Shown: positions 17,121-25,967, counted from the stretch's first letter. The stretch: 64,000 nt of DNA from Anaeromyxobacteraceae bacterium (GCA_035543235.1 DATKJV010000047.1:14298-78297), one strand, 5' to 3'. Program-made: numbers and translations. The notes: generated by a model not told the origin, from the sequence alone.

Positions 17121-17216
17121 CCTGGGCGCGCTGCGTCGCACACAGCCTCCCACCCTTCCGCACCCCCCCGGCGGGGCTCAACTGGCGCGCGGAAACCGCC
17201 CTGCTACGCTGAATTC

Positions 17217-18119
17217 GTGTTCGACCGCATCCGCCTGCGCCGGGACCTCATGGACTGCCACGGTCAGGTACTGGCGCGGCGCGGGATGCTCGTCTCGGCG
17301 GAGACGATCGCCGAGGCGGCTCGCGAGTCGCGCCCTGGTCCGTCGACGTCGCTCGCCGAGACCTTCGCCGCCGAGGACGTCCACACTCCGCTCGAGGAGC
17401 ACGGGTACCGCCACCTCTTCCGCTCGGCCTCGGCACAGGCGGCCGTGGCGCGGACGATGCTCGCGGTGCGCCTCCCGGTGGCGCTCTTCGAGGAGCTGCA
17501 GGCGATGAAGCTCTCCGACCCGCTGCGATACGACCACGCGCTCGCCACCGCGGCGGTGGCGACGCGCATGCTGGCGGTGGGCGCGGGCGAGGCGCGGCTC
17601 GTGCCGGACATCGCCGCGGCGGCGCTCCTGCACGACATCGGGATGCGACACCTGCCCGGGCGGCTCGTGCGCGGACCCGAGCCGCTGCGCGGCCACGAGA
17701 CCGTCGAGGTGGCGGAGCACCCCTTCCTCGGAGCCCTGCACCTCGCCCGAGTGCTCGGGCCGCACCCGGCCGTCGACGCGGCGCTCGGCCACCACTGGCG
17801 CAACGGCCAGGGCTATCCCGACCTTGCCCGCCGCCCGTCGCGTGCGCTCGAGGTGGTAGCGGTCGCGAGCGCCTTTGCCGCGCTCACCCAGGCCCGCAGC
17901 TATCGCTCGGACCCGTTCGGCCCGCGCGGCGCCGCCGACGTGCTCGTGCAGGAGGCGGCGGCGGAGCGGATGGACCCCTCCGCGGTGAAGCTCCTCGTCC
18001 ACGCGCTCCGGGGCGGAGCCGGCGAGATCGGCGTCCTGCGCTTCGCGCGGGCGCGCCAGGCCGGACCGGCCGAGAACCACTACACGGCCATCGTCGCGCC
18101 GGTCCGAAGCTTCATCTGA
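17217..18119 (+). CDS. HD-GYP-related HD-domain protein (partly degenerate motif)
   Basis: 300-aa ORF with 'AALLHDIGM' (HD) and 'HHWRNGQGYPD', where the canonical form is HHE-x2-DG-x-GYP. Confidence 0.75.
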   Translation: MFDRIRLRRDLMDCHGQVLARRGMLVSAETIAEAARESRPGPSTSLAETFAAEDVHTPLEEHGYRHLFRSASAQAAVARTMLAVRLPVALFEELQAMKLSDPLRYDHALATAAVATRMLAVGAGEARLVPDIAAAALLHDIGMRHLPGRLVRGPEPLRGHETVEVAEHPFLGALHLARVLGPHPAVDAALGHHWRNGQGYPDLARRPSRALEVVAVASAFAALTQARSYRSDPFGPRGAADVLVQEAAAERMDPSAVKLLVHALRGGAGEIGVLRFARARQAGPAENHYTAIVAPVRSFI

Positions 18120-18125
18120 CGGGCG

Positions 18126-18458
18126 CTACAGCCCCGACGCCTGCCGCAGCAGATCCCAGGTGTAGATCCCGGACGAGTGGCCGTCCGACCAGTGGATCTG
18201 AATGGCGTAGTTGCCGACCGGCTCCACCCGGAGCGGCCGGATGTCGGCCGGGATGGTGCCCGGGTCGAGGACCTTCCGCCCCGTCCCCTCCTCGATGCAG
18301 GCGGCGCACGGGCAGGCGTCGCGCAGCTGGAAGGGGGGAAGGACGACGTGCCGGCCGCCCGGCCAGTCCACGGCGAGCTCGCCGCGCTCGTTCACCTCGA
18401 TGCCCTCCGGCGGCGCCGGCGGGGGGGGACGGCTCTGGATCCGGTCGAGGAGGCCCAT
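18126..18458 (-). CDS. DUF971 family protein (gamma-butyrobetaine hydroxylase-like N-terminal domain)
   Basis: 110-aa ORF with 'LRDACPCAAC' and 'GNYAIQIHWSDGHSSGIYTWDLL', typical of DUF971. Confidence 0.8.
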   Translation of the reverse strand: MGLLDRIQSRPPPPAPPEGIEVNERGELAVDWPGGRHVVLPPFQLRDACPCAACIEEGTGRKVLDPGTIPADIRPLRVEPVGNYAIQIHWSDGHSSGIYTWDLLRQASGL

Positions 18459-18490
18459 GCCCGATTACATGCGGGGCGGCGCGCCTTCCG

Positions 18491-19228
18491 TCAAGCGCCC
18501 CGCGCGAGCGAGGCGAGCAGGTCCGAGCGGTCCTCGAGGGGGTTCGTGCAGGGCGGCCCGACGGTCGCGTAGAGCTCCGAGACCTCGAGCGACCGGGCGA
18601 GCCGGAGCACGGCCGTCGAACGGGTCCCGTAGACCGGGTCGAGGTGGATGCAGGTCCGCTGGAACGGATCCGACCCATGCACGGCGAGGAGGTCCCGCAG
18701 GTGGGGCGGGGACGGCTCGAGCGGCCAGTGCCCCCGGATCCACTCGCCGCGCCGGCAGCGCCCGAAGGGGGAGTTCTCGGTGACGACGTGCAGGCCGGGC
18801 GGGAGGTCCTCGAACTCGGCGGACTCCCCGTCGTACCACCACAGGAAGGCGCTCTCCGCGTCCGCGACGAGGAGGTGGAAGGGGTTGTAGGCGCCGGCGG
18901 CGAGCGCGCCGAGCGATCGGCGCGCCTCCCGGGCCGTCTGCCGGGCGAGCGCCGAAGAGACGATCTCGCCGCGCGAGCGCCGGGAGGGATCCGGGCCGCT
19001 CGTCGCGGGCAGGTGGTAGTTCGTGATCCCGGAGAACACCCCGCCGGCGTTCACGCCGATCCAGGTCCCGCCGGCCACGAGGTCGCGGGGCGCGAGGACC
19101 GCCAGCGCTCCCTCGCGGGTCCGCAGGCCCCAGTCCTCCCAGGGCCGGTCCTTGCGCTCGTCGCGGTTCGCCGCCACGACGAGGGGCCAGCGGGCGTCGA
19201 CCTGGAAGGCGACGGCGAGGGTGCACAC
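18491..19228 (-). CDS. NRDE-family (TANGO2/DUF833) protein
   Basis: 245-aa ORF starting 'MCTLAVAF...PLVVAANRDE', with 'GGTWIGVN'. Confidence 0.8.
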   Translation of the reverse strand: MCTLAVAFQVDARWPLVVAANRDERKDRPWEDWGLRTREGALAVLAPRDLVAGGTWIGVNAGGVFSGITNYHLPATSGPDPSRRSRGEIVSSALARQTAREARRSLGALAAGAYNPFHLLVADAESAFLWWYDGESAEFEDLPPGLHVVTENSPFGRCRRGEWIRGHWPLEPSPPHLRDLLAVHGSDPFQRTCIHLDPVYGTRSTAVLRLARSLEVSELYATVGPPCTNPLEDRSDLLASLARGA

Positions 19229-19277
19229 GCCCCGGAGATAGGCCAGCGGGCGGCGCGCCGCCCGCCTTCCCCCTCGT

Positions 19278-21077
19278 CTACTTCTTCCCGACCGCCACGG
19301 CGCGGGCGTTCTTCACCGACGCGAGCAGGATCTGGCGCTGCAGCTCGAGCTGCTTCGGGAGCGTCGCGCCGAGCTTCTCGAACCACTCCTTCTGGCTCTC
19401 GAGCTCGTACTCCCACTCGGCGAGGTCGATGCGGGTCGCCTGCTCGGCGGCCTCCTTGGGGACGCCGAGGCCCGTCATGTCGAGGTCGCCTGTGAAGGGA
19501 ACCCAGCCGAGCGCGGTCTCCTGGCCGTTCACGCGCCCGTGGCTCCGGTCGAGGACCCACTTGAGGACGCGCATGTTGTCGCCGTAGCCGGGCCACAGGA
19601 ACTTGCCGTCGGATCCCTTGCGGAACCAGTTCACGAGGAAGATCTTCGGCGGGTTCGGGATCCGCTGCTGCATGTCGATCCAGTGCTGCAGGTAGCTCCC
19701 GGCGTCGTAGCCGAGGAACGGCAGCATGGCCATCGGGTCGCGGCGCACGACGCCCACCTGGCCCGTCGCGGCGGCGGTCGTCTCGGACCCCATCGTCGCG
19801 CCGAGGTAGACGCCGTGCGTCCAGTTGAAGGACTGCAGGACGAGGGGCACCGTGTTCGACCGGCGCCCGCCGAAGATGACGGCGCTGATGGGCACGCCCC
19901 GCGGGTCGTGGGCGAACCGCGAAAGCGCCGGGTTGTTCGACATCGGCGCGGTGAAGCGGCTGTTCGGGTGCGCGGCCTTCTCCTCGGAGCCCTTCTTCCA
20001 GTTCGCGCCCTTCCAGTCGATGAGCTCGTCGGGGGCGGGCTCGTCCTTGCCCTCCCACCAGACGTCTCCATCCTTCGTCCGCGCCACGTTCGTGAAGAGC
20101 GTGTCCTTCGTGATGCTCTTCATGGCGTTCGCGTTCGTCTTGTAGTTCGTGCCCGGGACCACCCCGAAGTAGCCGTACTCGGGGTTCACCGCCCACAGCC
20201 GGCCGTCCGGCCCGACGCGCATCCAGGCGATGTCGTCGCCGACCGTCCGGATCTTCCAGCCCTCGAGCTCCTTGGGCGGGATGAGCATCGCGAAGTTCGT
20301 CTTGCCGCAGGCCGACGGGAAGGCCGCCGCGACGTAGCTGATCTCGCCCTCCGGGCTCTCCGCCTCGAGGATGAGCATGTGCTCGGCGAGCCAGCCCTCC
20401 CGCTTCGCCAGGTAGGAGCCGATGCGGAGCGCGAGGCACTTCTTGCCGAGGAGCGCGTTGCCGCCGTAGCCCGAGCCGACCGACCAGATGGTGTTGTCCT
20501 GCGGGAAGTGGGCGATGTAGCGCCGCTCCGGGTGGCAGTCGCGGACGGAGTGCAGCCCCTTGTTGAACTCGCCCTTGTCCCCGAGCCTGTCGAGGGCGAC
20601 CTTCCCCATGCGCGTCATGATGCCCATGTTGAGCGCGACGTAGATGGAGTCGGTGAGCTCGATGCCCACCTTCGCGAACGGCGAGTCCGCCGGGCCCATC
20701 ACGTAGGGCACGACGTACATCGTGCGCCCCTTCATCGAGCCCTCGTAGAGCGCGCGGAGCTTCCCGTACATCTCCTTCGGCTCGGTCCAGATGTTCGTCG
20801 GCCCCGCCTCCTCCTTCGTCGGGGTGCAGATCACCGTCAGGTGCTCGACCCGGGCCACGTCGTTCGGGTTGGAGTGGTGGTAGTAGCAGCCGGGCCACTT
20901 CTTCTGGTCCAGGGGAATGAGCACCTTCTCCGCGACCGCCTGTGAGACGAGGCGCTTCTTCTCCTCCTCCGAGCCGTCGAGCCAGACGACCTTGTCGGGC
21001 TGGGTGAGCTTGGCCGTCTCCTCGACCCACGCGAGGAGCGCAGGGTTCTTGGTCGGAGCGTTGGCGGTCGCTGACAT
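19278..21077 (-). CDS. pckG: phosphoenolpyruvate carboxykinase (GTP)
   Basis: 599-aa ORF with 'AAFPSACGKTNFAML', 'VGDDIAWM' and 'FGGRRS', and GTP-PEPCK length. Confidence 0.95.
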   Translation of the reverse strand: MSATANAPTKNPALLAWVEETAKLTQPDKVVWLDGSEEEKKRLVSQAVAEKVLIPLDQKKWPGCYYHHSNPNDVARVEHLTVICTPTKEEAGPTNIWTEPKEMYGKLRALYEGSMKGRTMYVVPYVMGPADSPFAKVGIELTDSIYVALNMGIMTRMGKVALDRLGDKGEFNKGLHSVRDCHPERRYIAHFPQDNTIWSVGSGYGGNALLGKKCLALRIGSYLAKREGWLAEHMLILEAESPEGEISYVAAAFPSACGKTNFAMLIPPKELEGWKIRTVGDDIAWMRVGPDGRLWAVNPEYGYFGVVPGTNYKTNANAMKSITKDTLFTNVARTKDGDVWWEGKDEPAPDELIDWKGANWKKGSEEKAAHPNSRFTAPMSNNPALSRFAHDPRGVPISAVIFGGRRSNTVPLVLQSFNWTHGVYLGATMGSETTAAATGQVGVVRRDPMAMLPFLGYDAGSYLQHWIDMQQRIPNPPKIFLVNWFRKGSDGKFLWPGYGDNMRVLKWVLDRSHGRVNGQETALGWVPFTGDLDMTGLGVPKEAAEQATRIDLAEWEYELESQKEWFEKLGATLPKQLELQRQILLASVKNARAVAVGKK

Positions 21078-21182
21078 GGCGGATCTCTCCCGGTGGTGGG
21101 GGTCGGCGGATTTCTAGCACACGCCGGGGCACGTGCCAAAAGGGGCCTGTGCACCCCGGAAAGGTGTCGGGCGGCTCCGCCG

Positions 21183-22751
21183 CTATTTCTTGAGCTTGTC
21201 CCGGAGCAGGTCGCCGAGCGTGCCGAAGCCCTTGCCGGGCGCGCGGGGGGAGCGGGACATCCACTCCGACGCCTCCCGCCGCTCCTCGGCGGCCTCCCCC
21301 TGCGTCCGCGACAGCCGAATCCGTCCGCGCTCGTCGATCTCGGTGACGAGGCAGGTGATCTCCTTCCCCGCGGGAAAGGCCTTGCGGAGGTCCTGGCCGC
21401 GCGGGGTCCCGGTCTCGGCGGCGGGCACGAGCCCGCGCCCGCCGGGGAACCGGACGAAGACGCCGTAGGGCTCGACGCGGTCGACCGCCCCCTTCACGAC
21501 GTCGCCGACCCTGGGCGGCGGCGGCGGGGCGGCGACCGGGCGCGGGGCGGCCTCCGCCGGCTCGGGGCGGGGGACGAGGGCCTTCACCGAGAGCGCGATG
21601 CGCTCGCCCTTCTTCGGATCCTCGTCGATGCGGAGCACCTGGACCTGCACCTTGTCCCCGGGCTTCAGGAGGTCCGCGGGGCGGGACACGCGGTCCCAGG
21701 CGAGCTCCGAGACGTGGACGAGCCCCTCGAGGCCGCCGATGTCCACGAAGGCCCCGTAGTCCTGGACGCTCGTCACGGTGCCCTCGAAGGTCGCCCCCGG
21801 GGCGAGCGACGTCCGGGTGCGGCGCGCGAGCTCCGCCCTCTCCTCCTCGAGGAGCGCCCGGCGGGAGAGGACCACGTCCCGCTCGTCCGCCTTCGACACC
21901 TTGAAGCGCAGCTTCTGTCCGACGAACGCGGCGAGGTCGCCGACGAAGCGAACGTCCACCTGCGAGGTGGGGCAGAAGGCGCGCTGCCCCATCACCTCCA
22001 CCTCGAGCCCGCCCTTGTTGAAGCCCTTCACGAGCCCCTCGACGGGGAGGCCGGCGTGCGCCGCGTCGAGGAGCGCGCGGCGGTCGGGGTGCACCCGGGC
22101 GCGGCCGCGCGAGACGACGACGCCCCGCTCCCCGCCCTTCACGACGACGCCGTCGACGATGTCGCCGGCCTGGAACGCGAGCTGGCCGTCGTCGTCCTGG
22201 AGCTCCACGACGTCGATCATCCCGTCCGCGAGGCCGCTGCCGAGCTCCAGGAACGCCACGTCCTGGCCGATCTGGAGGATCTTGCCCGCCACCTTCTCGC
22301 CGGCCTCGAAGCGGCGGCGCAGCCGGGTGTCGGCCTCCGCCAGGAGGTCCGCGAAGGATCCCTCGTCCACGACCGGTGCCTCGGCGGCCGGGGGCGGCTC
22401 GCCGGGAGGCAGCGAGGGCGCCCGCGCCACGCGCTCGGCGGGCCTCTCGGCCGGGGGTTCGCGCCGTCGCTCCGCGCCCCGGGGGCCCTCGCGGCGGGCC
22501 GGGCGCGGCGCGCCGGGAGCGCGCCCCGCCCGCGCTGGCCTCGGATCGCCCCGGCCGGCGGCGGACTTCTGCTCGGCGACGCGCTGCCACTGCGGCCGGC
22601 TGTCGCGGGGCGGCGGCGCGGGCGCGCGCTCGGCGGAGGAGAGCGCCTCCTCGACGGGCGCCTCGATCTTCACGCCTGCCGGCGGGGGCTTCACGTGGCC
22701 CTTGCGCACGACTACCGGCCCGGGCTCGGTCTTCTTCTGCTCGTCGGCCAT
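21183..22751 (-). CDS. multi-S1-domain RNA-binding protein with basic Pro/Arg-rich N-terminus
   Basis: Inner ATG (MADEQKKTEPG...) of ORF 21183..22967. Four S1-like units (e.g. 'FEGTVTSVQDYGAFVDIGGLEGLVHVSEL' and 'VKGAVDRVEPYGVFVRF'). Confidence 0.85.
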   Translation of the reverse strand: MADEQKKTEPGPVVVRKGHVKPPPAGVKIEAPVEEALSSAERAPAPPPRDSRPQWQRVAEQKSAAGRGDPRPARAGRAPGAPRPARREGPRGAERRREPPAERPAERVARAPSLPPGEPPPAAEAPVVDEGSFADLLAEADTRLRRRFEAGEKVAGKILQIGQDVAFLELGSGLADGMIDVVELQDDDGQLAFQAGDIVDGVVVKGGERGVVVSRGRARVHPDRRALLDAAHAGLPVEGLVKGFNKGGLEVEVMGQRAFCPTSQVDVRFVGDLAAFVGQKLRFKVSKADERDVVLSRRALLEEERAELARRTRTSLAPGATFEGTVTSVQDYGAFVDIGGLEGLVHVSELAWDRVSRPADLLKPGDKVQVQVLRIDEDPKKGERIALSVKALVPRPEPAEAAPRPVAAPPPPPRVGDVVKGAVDRVEPYGVFVRFPGGRGLVPAAETGTPRGQDLRKAFPAGKEITCLVTEIDERGRIRLSRTQGEAAEERREASEWMSRSPRAPGKGFGTLGDLLRDKLKK

Positions 22752-22784
22752 CGGGCGCGTTATAACACGCCCGGAATCGAGCCC

Positions 22785-23129
22785 ATGGAACGCCGAACCG
22801 CCGTCTTCCTCTGTCACTCCGACGACGACGCCCTCCGCCTCGCGGGCGCCTGCGCGCTCGCCGCGGTCGCCCTGGGGGACCGGGTCGACGTCTTCCTCCT
22901 CGCCGAGGCGGTCCGCGCGGTGGTCGACGGGGCGGGCGACCCGGACGGCCCCGCAGCCGGCCTGCACCAGGCCCGGGCGGCCGGCGAGTGCCGCCTGCTC
23001 GCCTGCTCCCGGAGCACCGTCGAGTCGAGGCTCGACCCGGCCGCCGCCGAGGGTGCGCTCGACGCCGTCGTGGGATGGCCCACCATCCTCGAGTGGACGC
23101 GCGGCGTGACGGATCGCTTCTTCTTCTGA
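22785..23129 (+). CDS. DsrE/DsrF-like small protein
   Basis: C-terminal 114 aa of ORF 21093..23129 (MERRTAVFLCHSDDDALRLAGACALAAVALGDRVDVFLL...LLACSRS). Size and pattern resemble DsrE-family proteins. The assignment is tentative. Confidence 0.55.
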   Translation: MERRTAVFLCHSDDDALRLAGACALAAVALGDRVDVFLLAEAVRAVVDGAGDPDGPAAGLHQARAAGECRLLACSRSTVESRLDPAAAEGALDAVVGWPTILEWTRGVTDRFFF

Positions 23130-23152
23130 CGGCGGCGTGCCATGATCGGCGC

Positions 23153-23878
23153 GTGACCGGGGGGGCGCGACCGCTCACCACCCTCTTGCTGCCGGGCCTC
23201 GACGGGACGGGGCGGCTGTTCTCGCGCTTCCTGGCCGCGGCCGACGGCGCGCTCGAGCTGCGGGTCCTGCGCTACCCTGCCGACCGGTATCTCGACTACG
23301 CGCGCCTCGAGGCGCTCGTCCTGCGGGAGCTCCCGGCCGGGCCGTTCGCGATCCTCGGGGAGTCGTTCGGCGGCCCGCTCGCGCTGCGGATCGCGGCCCG
23401 CGCGCCGGCCGGGCTCGTCGGGGTCGTTCTCGCCGCGAGCTTCCACCGGCGCCCGGCGGCCCGGCTCTTCCGCGTCGCCTCCCCGCTCGGGCCGGCCTTC
23501 TTCCGCCTGCCGCTCCCGGCCCACGCGGTGCGGCTGCTCCTCGCCGGCCACGACGCCCCCGACGACCTCGTCGAGGACGTGAGAGACGCGGTGGCGGCGG
23601 TGAAGGGGAGCGTCATGGCGGCCCGCGCTCGCGAGGCGTTCCGCGTCGACGCCACCGCCACCCTCCGGCGCTGCCCGGTCCCGCTGCTCTTCCTCGGGGG
23701 GAAGCACGACCGGCTGCTCCGGAGCGCACTGCCCATCGAGGTCCGCGCGCTGCGCCCCGACGTGGAGATCCGGATGCTCGACGCCCCGCACCTCGTCCTG
23801 CAGCGCCGGTCGTCCGAGGCGATGGAGATCGTGCGCAGCTTCCTGCTGCGGGCCGCGGCCCGCGGCGCCTCCGCCTGA
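23153..23878 (+). CDS. alpha/beta-fold hydrolase
   Basis: GTG start inside ORF 22988..23878. 'LLLPGLDGTG' and nucleophile elbow 'ILGESFGGPLAL'. A C-terminal His lies in 'LDAPHLV'. Confidence 0.75.
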   Translation: MTGGARPLTTLLLPGLDGTGRLFSRFLAAADGALELRVLRYPADRYLDYARLEALVLRELPAGPFAILGESFGGPLALRIAARAPAGLVGVVLAASFHRRPAARLFRVASPLGPAFFRLPLPAHAVRLLLAGHDAPDDLVEDVRDAVAAVKGSVMAARAREAFRVDATATLRRCPVPLLFLGGKHDRLLRSALPIEVRALRPDVEIRMLDAPHLVLQRRSSEAMEIVRSFLLRAAARGASA

Positions 23879-23883
23879 AAGGA

Positions 23884-23917
23884 GACGGGGCCGCCCCCGC
23901 GAGGAAGCGGCCCCGTC
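23884..23917. terminator. GC-rich hairpin between convergent genes (likely bidirectional terminator)
   Basis: Perfect 11-bp stem GACGGGGCCGC (23884-23894) / GCGGCCCCGTC (23907-23917) with a 12-nt loop. On the minus strand it is followed by CTCCTTTCAG. It sits between the hydrolase stop (23878) and the gltA stop (23938). Confidence 0.5.
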
Positions 23918-23937
23918 CCGAAACCCTCACGCGACGA

Positions 23938-25275
23938 TCAGTCCTCGGCGCCCTTGCGGCCGCCGTCCTTCGCCCACTGCTCGAGCATGGCGGTGGTGAC
24001 CGACTTGGGGCGCTCGATCGCATATCCGAGGGCGCGGTCCCAGGTGATGTTCGCGAGCACGCCCAGCGCGCGTCCGACGCCGAAGAGGACCGTGTAGAAG
24101 TCCCACTCCCGGACGCCGTAGTACCACTGGATGACGCCCGAGTGCGCGTCGACGTTCGGCCAGGGGTTCTTGGTCTTGCCGTGCTTCGTCAGGACGCCCG
24201 GGGCCACCTCGTAGATCATGTTCACGAGCTGGAAGAGCGGGTCGTTCGGGAGGTGCTTCTTCGAGTACTCGTTCTGGGCGGTGTAGCGCGGGTCGGTCTT
24301 GCGGAGCACGGCGTGGCCGTATCCGGGGATGACCTGGCCGCTGTTGAGCGTGTCCCAGAGGAACTTCTCGAGCTCCTCCTTCGTCGGCACCTTGTTGTTG
24401 AGCTTCTTCATCACGTTCTGGATCCAGCCGAGCACCTCCTGGTTCGCGAGGCCGTGGAGCGGCCCGGCGAGGCCGTTGATGCCGGCCGACAGCGAGTAGT
24501 ACGCGTCCGACAGCGCGGAGGCGACGAGGTGCGTCGTGTGGGCGGAGACGTTGCCCGACTCGTGGTCCGAGTGGAGGATGAAGTACATGCGCGCCACCTC
24601 GTCGTACGGCGGCGCCACGCCCATCATGTGCGCGAAGTTCCCGCCCCAGTCGAGCTTCGGGTCGGCCGGGATGTGGGTGTCGGACTTGTACTTCATCCGG
24701 TAGATGTAGGCGGCGATCGTCGGCAGCTTCGCGAGCAGGTTCATGGAATCCTCGTACATCGGATCCCACATGTCGTTCTTCTTGAGGCCGCCCTCGCCAT
24801 AGCGCTTCGCGAAGACCGAGTCGCGCTGCATCGACAGGATGGCCGCGGAGAACATCGTCATCGGGTGCGAGTCGCGCGGCAGGGCGCGCAGCACGTCCTT
24901 GACGTAGTGGGGCACCTGGGAGCGGGCCTTCCAGTCCTCCACGACCTCCAGGGTCTGCTGCATGGTCGGGACTTCGCCGGTGAGCAGGAACCAGAAGAAG
25001 CCCTCGACGTACGGCTGCTCCTTGCCGGGGACCTTCGGCAGCGCGGCGAAGGTCTCGGGGATCGTCTTGCCGCGGAAGCGGATGCCTTCGAAAGGATCGA
25101 GGTACGAGATGTCCGTCACGAGACTGCGAACGTCGCGGGCGCCGCCGATGCACTGCCCGATGTTCACCTTGTCGATGACGACGTTGCCGAACTCCTTGTT
25201 GAGCTTCTGCGTGCGGGGACGGAACTCCTCGATCTTCTGAAGCAGCTTCGCCTTGAGGTTGCTCATCTGGGCCAT
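23938..25275 (-). CDS. gltA: citrate synthase, mitochondrial/eukaryote-like type
   Basis: Last 445 aa of the 1875-aa ORF 23938..29565, starting MAQMSNLKAKL. 'GYGHAVLRKTDPRY', 'NPWPNVDAHSG', 'YYTVLFGV.RALGVLA' and 'ERPKS' are near-identical to animal mitochondrial citrate synthase signatures. Confidence 0.95.
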   Translation of the reverse strand: MAQMSNLKAKLLQKIEEFRPRTQKLNKEFGNVVIDKVNIGQCIGGARDVRSLVTDISYLDPFEGIRFRGKTIPETFAALPKVPGKEQPYVEGFFWFLLTGEVPTMQQTLEVVEDWKARSQVPHYVKDVLRALPRDSHPMTMFSAAILSMQRDSVFAKRYGEGGLKKNDMWDPMYEDSMNLLAKLPTIAAYIYRMKYKSDTHIPADPKLDWGGNFAHMMGVAPPYDEVARMYFILHSDHESGNVSAHTTHLVASALSDAYYSLSAGINGLAGPLHGLANQEVLGWIQNVMKKLNNKVPTKEELEKFLWDTLNSGQVIPGYGHAVLRKTDPRYTAQNEYSKKHLPNDPLFQLVNMIYEVAPGVLTKHGKTKNPWPNVDAHSGVIQWYYGVREWDFYTVLFGVGRALGVLANITWDRALGYAIERPKSVTTAMLEQWAKDGGRKGAED

Positions 25276-25405
25276 GATGGGGACTCCTACGGCTGAAGGG
25301 GACGAGTGGACTTCGAGCGCGCTCGGAGAGACGACGAATCCTACCCGTCTCGAACGCGAAGGCGCAACGACGTTCTCCTCTCTCGATCGACTGAAAAATC
25401 GAGCG

Positions 25406-25419
25406 TTGACGGCCGTCAA
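25406..25419. promoter_or_regulatory. perfect palindrome TTGACGGCCGTCAA (FNR/CRP/FixK-type box, TTGA-N6-TCAA) upstream of gltA
   Basis: 14-bp perfect inverted repeat 131-144 nt upstream of the gltA start codon (25275). It lies downstream of the intrinsic terminator of the preceding gene, in the least GC-rich intergenic stretch of this part of the window. Confidence 0.45.
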
Positions 25420-25467
25420 GCCCCTGTGGGGCGCCCCCCGGCTCGCCATCACGTCGAGTGAAGTAGC

Positions 25468-25508
25468 GAAAAAGGATGGGGCCGCCGCGCGTCTCCGCGG
25501 GCGGCCCC
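25468..25508 (-). terminator. intrinsic (Rho-independent) terminator of the 25551..25967 gene
   Basis: On the minus strand: stem GGGGCCGCC/GGCGGCCCC (25478-25486 / 25500-25508) with a GC-rich loop, followed after 4 nt by TTTTT (forward AAAAA at 25469-25473). A second short hairpin CCCCCGC-GGA-GCGGGGG lies at 25531-25547. Confidence 0.6.
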
Positions 25509-25550
25509 CGCTCTCTCGAGCGACGTCGATCCCCCGCGGAGCGGGGGAAG

Positions 25551-25967
25551 CTACTTGGCCCAGCCGGCGGCGAGCGCGGCCGCCACCTGCGCGGCGACGA
25601 GCCCCGCGTCGACCGGCTTCGCGGGGGGCGGAGCGGGCTCCGCCGGGGCCTCGGCGGCGGGCGCCGCCTCCTCGGCGCGCCGGCGGCGGGGGCGCTCGGC
25701 CCCGGCGCTCGACCGGCAGGTGCGGCACCAGGGCTGGTTGCGGATGGAGCCGTCGGCCATCCGGCGCAAGCCGAACTGCGAGAGCGGTCGCATCTTGTGG
25801 CACTTGAGGCACATGAGGGTGATGAGCACCTCGTGGCCGTCGGCGTCGTAGACCGCCGACCGGCGCCGCCGCTGCTTCGGCGTCGCCTGCTCTCCCCTGC
25901 CGCTCGAATCGGACCGCACGGCCTCGCGCGTGGAAATCGCGGGCGCCACCATCACCTTCACCGCCAT
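25551..25967 (-). CDS. hypothetical zinc-ribbon protein with basic flanks and Ala/Pro-rich tail
   Basis: 138-aa ORF. CxxC...CxxC pair ('MCLKCHKMRPLSQFGLRRMADGSIRNQPWCRTCRS') flanked by RRRR tracts. Has its own terminator. Confidence 0.6.
   Translation of the reverse strand: MAVKVMVAPAISTREAVRSDSSGRGEQATPKQRRRRSAVYDADGHEVLITLMCLKCHKMRPLSQFGLRRMADGSIRNQPWCRTCRSSAGAERPRRRRAEEAAPAAEAPAEPAPPPAKPVDAGLVAAQVAAALAAGWAK

Noticed and set aside
17121-17216. tmRNA (ssrA) next to smpB
   Set aside because: The 96-nt gap is far too short, and it lacks the tRNA-like GGGGCUG acceptor start and a TPsiC arm.
19051-23181. 1376-aa minus-strand ORF spanning the pckG and S1-protein region
   Set aside because: It is out of frame with pckG and the S1-domain gene, both of which have unambiguous signatures. 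Its translation is Arg/Pro/Gly-rich.
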